Assembly (NCBI GenBank): GCA_964414895.1
Contig: CAYPXO010000003.1
Coordinates: 12,284-76,283, forward strand
Length of the DNA: 64,000 nucleotides
Direction: 5' to 3'
From: an uncultured Pseudomonadales bacterium
Lineage (GTDB): Bacteria; Patescibacteriota; Microgenomatia; UBA1400; CAYNMC01
Part shown: positions 51,906-59,967 of the stretch, piece by piece
Position numbering within the stretch: position 1 is the first letter of the stretch
Layout of the letters: each line of letters starts with the position of its first letter
Notes under the pieces: generated by a model
Seen by the model: only the letters and a program-made list of their open reading frames with translations
Told to the model about the DNA's origin: nothing
The model's database searches: none
Position numbers and translations under genes: made by a program

Positions 51906-51961
51906 AAATTCAAAAAATAAAACGTGGGCTGAAGATCAAGAATTACAGTTCAAAATTGTGA
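50810..51961 (+). CDS. DDE transposase (HTH plus integrase core); reads through the right IR
   Basis: SRRPKSCPNKT, QVDLK, VDNGEEF, NAHLERSHRT, YNNLREHSSL; SD GGAGGTGA. Confidence 0.93.
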   Translation: METGPRIDYKALRRINPEAARRAVLEYLKTNGANIAGAARVFGVNRTVVYDILKKQKEGNLKDRSRRPKSCPNKTPDKIEDKVVEAKNKTRLGPERLSKYLRKHEKLNVPYGTIRHILRRNRDKLTYQIRSKKRRKEKRQFVDWYSAKPFEIVQVDLKFIRDQKALTKEQIIHLDRFDIPNYQWGALDVNSRFKLIAYSREKTWTNGLCFYLWVISWLRSHGVTCEIVFTVDNGEEFGGKSWMKIKELRKLIAGFGCHLIQNHKGHPEENAHLERSHRTDDDEFYISRVFKIKSDEDLLDEALGYIYYYNNLREHSSLNDKTPFAYLKAQMPEIDDTIRYVQPFLLDSVAVKLGSWSGYNVLAHHQIQKIKRGLKIKNYSSKL

Positions 51962-51984
51962 TAGAAATGAGAAAAATTCCACTT

Positions 51985-52058
51985 TTGAAAGGTAAAAATT
52001 CCGATTTGAAGTCAAAATTGGCTGGCGAGTGTTGGCGCAAAGCGCCCCATTTTCCAAC
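51985..52058 (+). pseudogene. Remnant 3' end of a paralogous serine recombinase
   Basis: Encodes FRFEVKIGWRVLAQSAPFSN(W), alignable to FRFSAQKGWRACAAREPTST(W) of 56645-58129. Confidence 0.7.
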
Positions 52059-52187
52059 TGGCGGTGTATTTACGAAAAAGTTCGAACGGAATTCTCTGGC
52101 GGCGGCTGAAAACTCCGCGCGCCAGCCGCCACCAGCTTACCCGCCTTCGGCGGGCTGACCTCCCGTTTCTAACAATTTCAAGTTTTT

Positions 52188-54008
52188 CTAGCCAGCTTCG
52201 CTGGCTTTGCTCGGCTCTGCCGAGCTTGGCGGCAAATTCTTATCTATATTTAAAAACTCTAAAATATTCTTGTCAATAAAATCAGGATATTCTTCCAGTA
52301 TGTTATCAAGCGACTTCTCTTTTAGTGCCGCATAAACACTTACAGGCCCCTTGTTTTGATCACTAATATTGAGCACTGTTTCTAGTTTTTTCTTGTTGTG
52401 GTGAATTTTAGTCAAGTCTCCTACTTCCTTAAAGATTTTGTGATTGTTTGTGTACTGTGCTTTTTCACCGGGGCCCAGACTTTGATAGCTTTGATTTTCA
52501 TCATTCCCAGCGTTTGTAATATTCAAACTCTTGTCATCTAAATCCCAATCGTGAATTACGAAAAAAGGAATATCAAATCTTTTGCACAACTGAACAACAG
52601 TAACAATAGGCTCTTTTCCCCAAACAGATATTATGGCAATATTGTCCAATCCAAAGTTTACCTCATCAACAAAAGCCGTTTTATATGCTAGCAAGTCATC
52701 TGGGCCCTCAACAATTAATACTTTACTAGCAAAAATTATATTGCCTAAGTTGGGTTCAAGTGTCCGTAAATATTTTGAAAAATCATCAGGATTTTTGACT
52801 TCGAATCTATCTATTCTCTCTGGGTACTTTATTTTGGGACTTTTTTTGTAAACAATTTTTGTTTTTAGATAGTTTTCATTTTTAAGCTTAATAATACTTT
52901 GCGGCTTAAAGATATTTACAAACTTCTTGGAGTGGGTTGTGTAAATAACTTGATTTTTTTCAGCCAAATTACAAAGAACATTGTAAAAATATTCCTGGAA
53001 GTGCTCGTGTAAAAAAGTTTCTGGTTCTTCAATTATAAAAATGTTTCCACCTTCGTCATCAGCGTTCAAAATAGCCCTGAATAAGGCTATAACAAACAAA
53101 GATGAAAATCCTTTCCCCATTTGATCAATTGGGAGTTTCGGTTTCTGTGGGTTGTCAGTAATATAAAATGTGAGGTTATCAAAAAATGAATCTGCCGTTG
53201 GGAACCCAAACTTAAGAGAAATATCATCATTTTCAATTTCTAGTTGCTTCTTAATAACTTCCTCCATGCTAGAGATTAAATCGTCAAAATTATCAGTAGA
53301 TAATACAAAATCCTCCAAGTATTGCATCGCGTTATCAAAAACCTGTTTTCTCGGCTTTCCAATATGTGCTTTAACCACACCATTTCTTCGTGGCATTATA
53401 TTTGTATCTGCTTCAAAATTTGCCTTTATTTCCCCCATCACCTTACCAAGTAATGTATACCTGTTTATTTTAAGCTGACTTTGTATAAATGCGGTGTCAA
53501 TAAAATAAGCGGGAACCTTTGATCTCCATTTCCATACCTGCTCAGCTCCTTGCTTCTGCGTCTCGTTTAGTATTTCTCTCTCTTCTTCAGAGTATTCTTT
53601 CTTTTTAGATCGTCTTATCGAACGAGGATTAAATATTTGTTTCCCGTCTTCATCGCAAAAATAATGGCTTACATTAAGAACTCCATCGTCATATTCAATT
53701 TTCAGCTGAAAAACAGGCATTTCTTTTACTTGGTTATATGCATCAGAACTTTTCAGTGGATTATTAACTATTGCTTCCGCCAAGATAGGATGATCTGATT
53801 TCTTGAGATAAAAATCGTTAAAGGAAAAGGTGTGACGCGAAAAAGAACGTGCCCCTAAACACATTGCAAGCACATCTATAAAATTTGATTTTCCCGAATT
53901 ATTATGGCCAATTACTGAAAATGGAGTCCGTAAGTCTGGTAATTGTATTTCAATACCAGTTGAATCAAACGAGCGATAATTTTTAATAGTAATCTTGTTT
54001 ATTCGCAT
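52188..54008 (-). CDS. OLD-family ATP-dependent nuclease (ABC ATPase plus TOPRIM)
   Basis: GHNNSGKS, IIEEPETFLH, TTHS, IVEGPDD, HDWD. Confidence 0.9.
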   Translation of the reverse strand: MRINKITIKNYRSFDSTGIEIQLPDLRTPFSVIGHNNSGKSNFIDVLAMCLGARSFSRHTFSFNDFYLKKSDHPILAEAIVNNPLKSSDAYNQVKEMPVFQLKIEYDDGVLNVSHYFCDEDGKQIFNPRSIRRSKKKEYSEEEREILNETQKQGAEQVWKWRSKVPAYFIDTAFIQSQLKINRYTLLGKVMGEIKANFEADTNIMPRRNGVVKAHIGKPRKQVFDNAMQYLEDFVLSTDNFDDLISSMEEVIKKQLEIENDDISLKFGFPTADSFFDNLTFYITDNPQKPKLPIDQMGKGFSSLFVIALFRAILNADDEGGNIFIIEEPETFLHEHFQEYFYNVLCNLAEKNQVIYTTHSKKFVNIFKPQSIIKLKNENYLKTKIVYKKSPKIKYPERIDRFEVKNPDDFSKYLRTLEPNLGNIIFASKVLIVEGPDDLLAYKTAFVDEVNFGLDNIAIISVWGKEPIVTVVQLCKRFDIPFFVIHDWDLDDKSLNITNAGNDENQSYQSLGPGEKAQYTNNHKIFKEVGDLTKIHHNKKKLETVLNISDQNKGPVSVYAALKEKSLDNILEEYPDFIDKNILEFLNIDKNLPPSSAEPSKASEAG

Positions 54009-54015
54009 AGATAAA

Positions 54016-54831
54016 CTAGTAACCTAAAGCAAGCTGGTCAAGCATATCAGGTCCTTTTTCCTGACCAACCTCTTGATAAATCTCGAGAATTTCTTCGTAT
54101 GCTCCCCCTCCGCCCACTAGATCCCAAAACTCCTTCCCAAGTAAAACTTCATCCTCAAGATCCATATAATTGACTACAAAGCTGTGTCTATAAGTTTCTT
54201 TTTCAATACCATAAGGATTATAAGCTGAAGCATAAAATGCTTTTGCTTTAGGATATTTTTTGTAAGTAATGCCATGAATTTGTAATAATCTACCCGTGGC
54301 TTCTAAACATTGGCCTTTGTTTGGTTTTGGACTTTTGATTTCAATAAAAAGTTCTGTGCCGTCTTTTTTAACAATATATAAGTCGGCAATGCTAGTTCTC
54401 TCTATGGTTTCATCGTCTCCGGCGAGTTTAACAATCTCTTCGACAAATTCAGGATAACTTGATTTCATGCCGCCATTACCGATTTTACTGGTAATTTGCT
54501 CAATCCGCTTAATTGCCTTTAGGGAAATCTGACCTGTAACTCGACAACCTCTTTCTGCGTGTTTATGGTTATCAAGAGCAATTAATCGAGCACACTCTTC
54601 AAAAGTCGTTCCAAGTTTTGTAGAAAACGACCTTTCAAACTCAGTTATTGTTAATAATCCATCCGGTAATAGAGACTCATGAAAAGGCTTTAACCTTCCT
54701 TTCTTTGACTCTTTGCGTAGAGGTCTCAATTGTTTGGGATCAAATCCACTTTCGGTATGCTCATCTATCATTCCTTGAATAAAACCCTCAAGGTAACCCT
54801 TAATTTTTTGTCTTGTGTCTTTTGTAATCAT
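54016..54831 (-). CDS. Type II restriction endonuclease, TdeIII-family-like
   Basis: FERSFSTKLGTTFE, ADLY...EIKSPKPN, YNPYG, GKEFWD; ATGA overlap with the MTase stop. Confidence 0.82.
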   Translation of the reverse strand: MITKDTRQKIKGYLEGFIQGMIDEHTESGFDPKQLRPLRKESKKGRLKPFHESLLPDGLLTITEFERSFSTKLGTTFEECARLIALDNHKHAERGCRVTGQISLKAIKRIEQITSKIGNGGMKSSYPEFVEEIVKLAGDDETIERTSIADLYIVKKDGTELFIEIKSPKPNKGQCLEATGRLLQIHGITYKKYPKAKAFYASAYNPYGIEKETYRHSFVVNYMDLEDEVLLGKEFWDLVGGGGAYEEILEIYQEVGQEKGPDMLDQLALGY

Positions 54832-56021
54832 GTTTTCCTCCAAATTAAAACACTTTCATAAAAGGCGCCGTTACGTCTTCCAGTACGACGGTTTACGTGA
54901 CGGTCTACTTTCCCTATCTCCTCAAAACCAACCTTAGCAGGATCATAAAGACCATATTTATCATTAATAACAATGGCCATAATTGCATCACCGGCCATAA
55001 AATCTCTAGTGTGCAATAAAACCTCATTTATGCCTTTGATATAATCCTCTTTCGCCTCATCCGATTTTCCATTTTTTGCAGGGCCAATCTCTTTGTCCTC
55101 ATTATTTTCTAAACCGAATAGTTCATAAGCGTATCTGTGTTGTTCATGATAGTCAATTAAACCAAGATAAGGTGGTGAGGTAAATACCATCTCAATTTTT
55201 TTAGGTAAATCAACTTTTCTTGAGTCTTCATGAAGCACCTGTACATCGGCATCCGATCTTATTGCATTGTATTCCTTGATTCGCCTAAGTGTGTCCCGAG
55301 TGTAATGGTTTAAAAATTTATAGGCTTCTTGAACAGGAGTACAGGTGCGTCCATGCTTATAGCATTCATATGGACCAATTTGTGGCTCTTTAGGAAAGTC
55401 TAGATCATAGTGCTTTACCAGCCTAGCAGAACGTGCTGAACGGGAAAGGATAATTTTCAGTAAATCTTGATATGTATAATCTTGAATCAACCTTCTATAA
55501 CAAAGTAGTTCTTTCCTTGCGCGGTCCGCATACCAATTGTTAAGAAATTCATTATCTGTTTTGAATAGTTTATTAACTTTTTCATCGTTGCAAAACTCTT
55601 TTTTGTACTTTGTCAGTCGTTTCAGGATATCATGTAATTCTTTCTCTAAAATTTCTAGATCGTACTTATCTGTTTTAACTTTAGACAAAAGCACATTAAA
55701 TACGGAAATATCAGTGCCTACAGAATTTATACCTAAAGCATTAGCTTCAACCAAGGTCGTCCCAGAACCCACAAAAGGGTCATAAACTAGTTTAGGCTTA
55801 AATTTTCTTAGAAAAATCTCTACAAGTTGGGGTATAAATTTCCCCATATATGGATGTAATCTGTGGACATGCTTGGTTCTCTTCTTTTCAGGTAAATCTC
55901 TTTCTCTCCAGTTCAAATTAAGTGAGTTCAAATCAGTGTCTGGATCTACGCTTGTAAAATCCGTAAGAGGATCTTCGTTGTATTGTTTAGCTATTTTTTT
56001 AGCTACTTTATTGTCGTACAT
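54828..56021 (-). CDS. DNA amino-methyltransferase, probably N4-cytosine (alpha motif order)
   Basis: HPYMGKFIPQL, DPFVGSGTT (motif I) preceding TSPPY (motif IV). Confidence 0.9.
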   Translation of the reverse strand: MYDNKVAKKIAKQYNEDPLTDFTSVDPDTDLNSLNLNWRERDLPEKKRTKHVHRLHPYMGKFIPQLVEIFLRKFKPKLVYDPFVGSGTTLVEANALGINSVGTDISVFNVLLSKVKTDKYDLEILEKELHDILKRLTKYKKEFCNDEKVNKLFKTDNEFLNNWYADRARKELLCYRRLIQDYTYQDLLKIILSRSARSARLVKHYDLDFPKEPQIGPYECYKHGRTCTPVQEAYKFLNHYTRDTLRRIKEYNAIRSDADVQVLHEDSRKVDLPKKIEMVFTSPPYLGLIDYHEQHRYAYELFGLENNEDKEIGPAKNGKSDEAKEDYIKGINEVLLHTRDFMAGDAIMAIVINDKYGLYDPAKVGFEEIGKVDRHVNRRTGRRNGAFYESVLIWRKT

Positions 56022-56028
56022 AGTTTTT

Positions 56029-56238
56029 TTATTTCACTAAATTATCTATAGTTATATCAAGTCCTTCAGCAATTTTCGTAATCGTATTTAAAGAAGGATT
56101 TTGAATAACATCACTCTCTATTTTAGCAAGTGTAGTGTAGGGAAGATCAGCTTTTTTGGACAAAGCGTCTTGCGTTAAATCTTTCTTTTTACGCCAAGAT
56201 TTTATCTTCGCTCCAATGGTTTCTTTATCTTTTTTCAT
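56029..56238 (-). CDS. XRE-family HTH regulator (RM controller-like)
   Basis: LTQDALS...TLAKIES...NPSLNTI; first gene of the RM operon. Confidence 0.88.
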   Translation of the reverse strand: MKKDKETIGAKIKSWRKKKDLTQDALSKKADLPYTTLAKIESDVIQNPSLNTITKIAEGLDITIDNLVK

Positions 56239-56339
56239 TTTCTTTTCTTCAATAATATGTTAGTATAGTGTTGATGGCACAAATCAATTATCACTCTTAT
56301 ACTACCATGTATCTTAATTCTTTACAATCTTTCTTTAAG

Positions 56340-56624
56340 AAAAATCCCTCTTTTGGCCAAAATAAAGTTCGAGCCAATATTTTTTCAGGTTCTTTGGCAG
56401 TTTTTAGAAACGGGAGGTCAGCCCGCCGAAGGCGGGTAAGCTGGCGGCGGCTGGCGCGCGGAGTTTTCAGCCGCCGCCAGAGAATTCCGTTCGAACTTTT
56501 TCGTAAATACACCGCCAAGTGGAAGTTGGCTCACGCGCAGCACACGCTCGCCAGCCTTTTTGGGCTGAAAATCGGAATTTTTTATCTTTGTCCCGCAAAG
56601 CGAGACGCCAAAAGCGGGATTTTT
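56340..56624. repeat. Mosaic of inverted copies of recombinase-locus segments
   Basis: 56340-57 vs 56607-24; 56358-84 vs 57977-58003; 56386-405 vs 56782-801; 56406-511 vs 52065-170; 56512-89 vs 58004-81. Confidence 0.95.
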
Positions 56625-56644
56625 TAAAACATTAATCAAAAACT

Positions 56645-58129
56645 ATGAAATATTTTATCTACGCTAGAAAATCAACCGAAAGTGAGGATAGACAAAAACT
56701 TTCTATCTCTGCTCAGCTTGCTGAGCTAAAAGAATTTGCCGCCAAAGAAAAACTTGAAATTGTCGCTTCCTTTCAGGAAGCAAAAACTGCCAAAGAACCT
56801 GGGCGAGCACAGTTCGCCAAAATGATAAAACAAATCAAGGAAGGAAAAGCAGAAGGAATTTTAGCTTGGCATCCGGACAGATTAGCAAGAAATTCAATTG
56901 ACGGTGGAAGAATTGTTTATCTAGTGGATACCGGGAAACTGAAAGATTTAAAGTTTCCTACCTTTTGGTTTGATAATACTCCGCAAGGAAAGTTTATGCT
57001 GAACATTGCCTTTGGTCAAAGCAAATATTATGTTGACAATCTAAGCCAAAACATTAAGCGCGGGATCAGACAAAAACTTCGCAAAGGACTTTGGCCTTCT
57101 TTTGCGCCAATCGGCTATCTAAACAACAGAAAAACTAAAGGGATTAATATTGATAAAGAAAAAGCACCGTTGATAAGGAAAGCTTTTCAACTTTACTCTG
57201 ACGGTGAACATACCTTTAAGACCGTGGCTAAATTTTTAGAAAAAGAAGGCCTGCGAAGTTACAAAGGCAATGTTCTTTCAGTTTCCTGTGCCCGACGGAT
57301 GCTCAGAAACCCGATTTATTATGGTGCAATCTGCTGGAAAAACGAAATTTACCAGGGAATTCACGAGCCAATTATTTCCAAGAAACTTTTTGATAAAGTC
57401 CAGCGAGTAATGAACGAGCGAGGCAAGAAAAAGAGAAAGCGCCAGCACGATTACGCTTTTACCGGATTTATGAAATGCGGCACTTGCGGCTACTCAATTA
57501 CCGCCGAAAAACAAAAAGGACATATTTACTACCGCTGCACCAAAAAGGGCGGTAATTGTCCTGAAAAATACTTGCGGGAAGGAGGCTTAGTTGGTCAGTT
57601 AGAAAAGATTATTCAAAAAGTTTCTTTGTCCAAGGATTGGACAGAAAAAATGCTTGTTGAGATAAACAAGGAAAAAGCTGAAAATCAAGAAATACTTGAG
57701 CCCAATATTAAAAAGCTGGAAGACCAAAAGCAAGCATTTAATAAAAAACTTGACCGGCTTTTAGATTTACAGCTTGAGGGCGGTTTATCTGTTGAAAATT
57801 ACAAACAAAAGAAAAACAAATTAATGGACCAAAAGCTAACTACCGAGGAAAAAATCCAAGAAATAAAAGAGAAAGGAAATAATTGGCTCGAACCGATGAG
57901 AGAGTTTATCTTAGCCAGCTGCCAAGCTAAAAAATTGCTTGAAAAGGAAAATAATGAAGAAATCTTATCATTCTTTAAAAATATTGGCTCGAACTTTATT
58001 TTGAAAGATAAAAAATTCCGATTTTCAGCCCAAAAAGGCTGGCGAGCGTGTGCTGCGCGCGAGCCAACTTCCACTTGGCGGAGGAGGTGGGATTCGAACC
58101 CACGGGTCCCAAAAAGGGACATGGTTTAG
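56645..58129 (+). CDS. Large serine recombinase (resolvase, recombinase and zinc-ribbon domains)
   Basis: YARKS, DRLARN, APIGY, HEPIIS, CGTCG, YYRC; C-terminus runs antisense into tRNA-Ser. Confidence 0.95.
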   Translation: MKYFIYARKSTESEDRQKLSISAQLAELKEFAAKEKLEIVASFQEAKTAKEPGRAQFAKMIKQIKEGKAEGILAWHPDRLARNSIDGGRIVYLVDTGKLKDLKFPTFWFDNTPQGKFMLNIAFGQSKYYVDNLSQNIKRGIRQKLRKGLWPSFAPIGYLNNRKTKGINIDKEKAPLIRKAFQLYSDGEHTFKTVAKFLEKEGLRSYKGNVLSVSCARRMLRNPIYYGAICWKNEIYQGIHEPIISKKLFDKVQRVMNERGKKKRKRQHDYAFTGFMKCGTCGYSITAEKQKGHIYYRCTKKGGNCPEKYLREGGLVGQLEKIIQKVSLSKDWTEKMLVEINKEKAENQEILEPNIKKLEDQKQAFNKKLDRLLDLQLEGGLSVENYKQKKNKLMDQKLTTEEKIQEIKEKGNNWLEPMREFILASCQAKKLLEKENNEEILSFFKNIGSNFILKDKKFRFSAQKGWRACAAREPTSTWRRRWDSNPRVPKRDMV

Positions 58130-58164
58130 CAAACCATTGCCATTGGCCTCTAGGCGACTCCTCC
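58076..58164 (-). tRNA. tRNA-Ser(GCT) with encoded CCA
   Basis: GGAGGAG/CTCCTCC-GCCA; ATGGT-TTGCTAA-ACCAT; long variable arm. Confidence 0.95.
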
Positions 58165-58230
58165 TTGTTTAATACTATTATAGCTGCTTTTTCTTGAAAA
58201 ATCACCTTTTGAGGAATAAAATCCAAAGAT

Positions 58231-59271
58231 ATGAACTACCAATTCAAAAACATTGTTGTTGCCGGCACTTTTGACCACTTACACAAAGGCCATCAAAAAC
58301 TTCTTCTTACTGCTTGCCAGTCGGCAAAAGAGGTCTTTTGCGGCTTAACTGTCCAAGAAATGAGCAGAAATAAAGTTTTGGGAAACATGGTTCAATCATA
58401 TAATATAAGAGAAAGGTTTCTTGAAGCATTTATTAAATGGAGAAAAATAAAAAGCAAAGTCAATATCTGTCCAATCTTTAATCCTTTTGGTCCAACTCTT
58501 GAAAAAAAAGAGTTTGAGGCAATAATTGCTACCAAAGAGACTGAGAAAACAGTTGACCTCCTTAATAAAATTCGTAGAGAAAAAGAACTTTCTTCTCTTA
58601 AGAAAATTATTTTAGGGTTAGTTTCTGCCAAAGACCACAAAAAACTTTCCTCAACAAGAATAAGGCTAGGGGAGGTCAATCGCGAAGGTTTGGTTTTTGA
58701 ACAAATTTTTAAAAACAGAAATTTAGCTTTACCTTTTTCCCAAAGAAAACACTTTAAAAAACCCCTAGGACAGCTTCTAAAAAGCAATACTAATAATCTA
58801 TCCTGGCTGGCTTTGGTAGCCAAAGAGGAAATTAAAAAGAAGCCAACACCAATGATTATAACTGTTGGTGATATTGTTACCCAAGGATTCTTGCGGGCAA
58901 AAACCCCTTTTTCTCTGGCAGTAATTGACTATCGCAGTCGGCGGCAATCTGTTTATCCGGGTTTTCATAAAGAACTAATTGAAGCCAGTCCTTTGATGGA
59001 AACTGCTGTCAATGATCCAGGAACCCTTTCTTCATCAGTGATTAAAAAGATCAAACAGCTAATGCCAAAAATTATTTTTCAGCAAAAAAGAGCTGTTTTG
59101 GAGATTAAAGGGGAAGAAGACTTGACTGTTTTACCATTGGTTTTGCTTTCTCCCCTAGAAACTTTTATTTTTTATGGCCAACCAGATAAGGGAATAGTAA
59201 AAGTCAGGGTAACAGAAAAAATAAAAAATAAAACCTACAGCCTTCTTAATAAGTTTAGAGCTTATAGTTAA
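58231..59271 (+). CDS. Archaeal-type phosphopantetheine adenylyltransferase fused to DUF359 (GTP-dependent dephospho-CoA kinase-like)
   Basis: GTFDHLHKGH, LSSTRIRLG; ITVGDIV, NDPGTL, GEEDL, YGQP..G. Confidence 0.85.
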   Translation: MNYQFKNIVVAGTFDHLHKGHQKLLLTACQSAKEVFCGLTVQEMSRNKVLGNMVQSYNIRERFLEAFIKWRKIKSKVNICPIFNPFGPTLEKKEFEAIIATKETEKTVDLLNKIRREKELSSLKKIILGLVSAKDHKKLSSTRIRLGEVNREGLVFEQIFKNRNLALPFSQRKHFKKPLGQLLKSNTNNLSWLALVAKEEIKKKPTPMIITVGDIVTQGFLRAKTPFSLAVIDYRSRRQSVYPGFHKELIEASPLMETAVNDPGTLSSSVIKKIKQLMPKIIFQQKRAVLEIKGEEDLTVLPLVLLSPLETFIFYGQPDKGIVKVRVTEKIKNKTYSLLNKFRAYS

Positions 59272-59361
59272 GTAAAGGTTCGGACTTTAACCACAGTTGT
59301 CGTTCCAAAGGTCTTGACCGGCCGCTTTTTTTGTTTTATTTTAAAAAAAGGAGGTAGCTCT

Positions 59362-59952
59362 ATGAAAATAAAAAAGGTTTTTATCTTAATGTTTTTAGTC
59401 TGTGTTCCTTTGTTAGCCGGTTGTCAAAAAAAGACTTCTGAACTAGAGAAAAGAGAGCCAGAACCAAAAGAAAGGACTGAGAATATAAACCTCAAAACTT
59501 ATACAAACAGCCAGCTTGGTCTCCAATTCAAGCACCCAGAGGAGACAACCGTTTATGACTGTTCTTATACGATAAAGTTGAGCTATCAGCAGTATCTTGA
59601 TTCTATTTGCCAAGAAGGACCAAAGGAAACAATTCCTCCTATTGATATCCTGCAGCTGGCCGGCGATCTGGAAAGTTCTATGAAATGGCAAGAGAACCAG
59701 TTAGACATTGTCTCCAAAGAGGATACTACTGTTGCCGGCAAGCCAGCTGTAAGAATGGTTGGTACCTGGATCTCAGGCGGTATGAGACCGGAGCTTAAGG
59801 ATACAAAATGTGAGGTTGTATTTGTGGACGCTGGCGCAAAAGCCTATTCAGTTGATCTTAGTTATTTGGATGTTGAAAAGGAAGGTGAAAGTCAGGAAAA
59901 ATACAAAACTGCTTTTGATCAAATAGTTGAAAGTTTAGAATTTACTAATTAA
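59362..59952 (+). CDS. PsbP-like lipoprotein
   Basis: SD GGAGG; lipobox LAGC; TYTNSQLGLQFKHP...FDQIVESLEF. Confidence 0.75.
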   Translation: MKIKKVFILMFLVCVPLLAGCQKKTSELEKREPEPKERTENINLKTYTNSQLGLQFKHPEETTVYDCSYTIKLSYQQYLDSICQEGPKETIPPIDILQLAGDLESSMKWQENQLDIVSKEDTTVAGKPAVRMVGTWISGGMRPELKDTKCEVVFVDAGAKAYSVDLSYLDVEKEGESQEKYKTAFDQIVESLEFTN

Positions 59953-59967
59953 TTAGAGGAGAAAACA

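Larger units (their letters stand above)
52059..58081. mobile_element. Serine-recombinase integrative element at the tRNA-Ser(GCT) 3' end carrying an RM/OLD cargo
   Basis: TGGCGG core (tRNA end CCGCCA) at 52059-52064 and 58076-58081; joining the ends reproduces, inverted, the internal sequence 56406-56589. Confidence 0.85.

Noticed and set aside
51958-52279. Short ORFs 51958-52158 and 52064-52279, and their mirrors 56268-56639 and 57799-58226
   Set aside because: By-products of the GC-rich inverted repeats; the meaningful frame is the recombinase tail.
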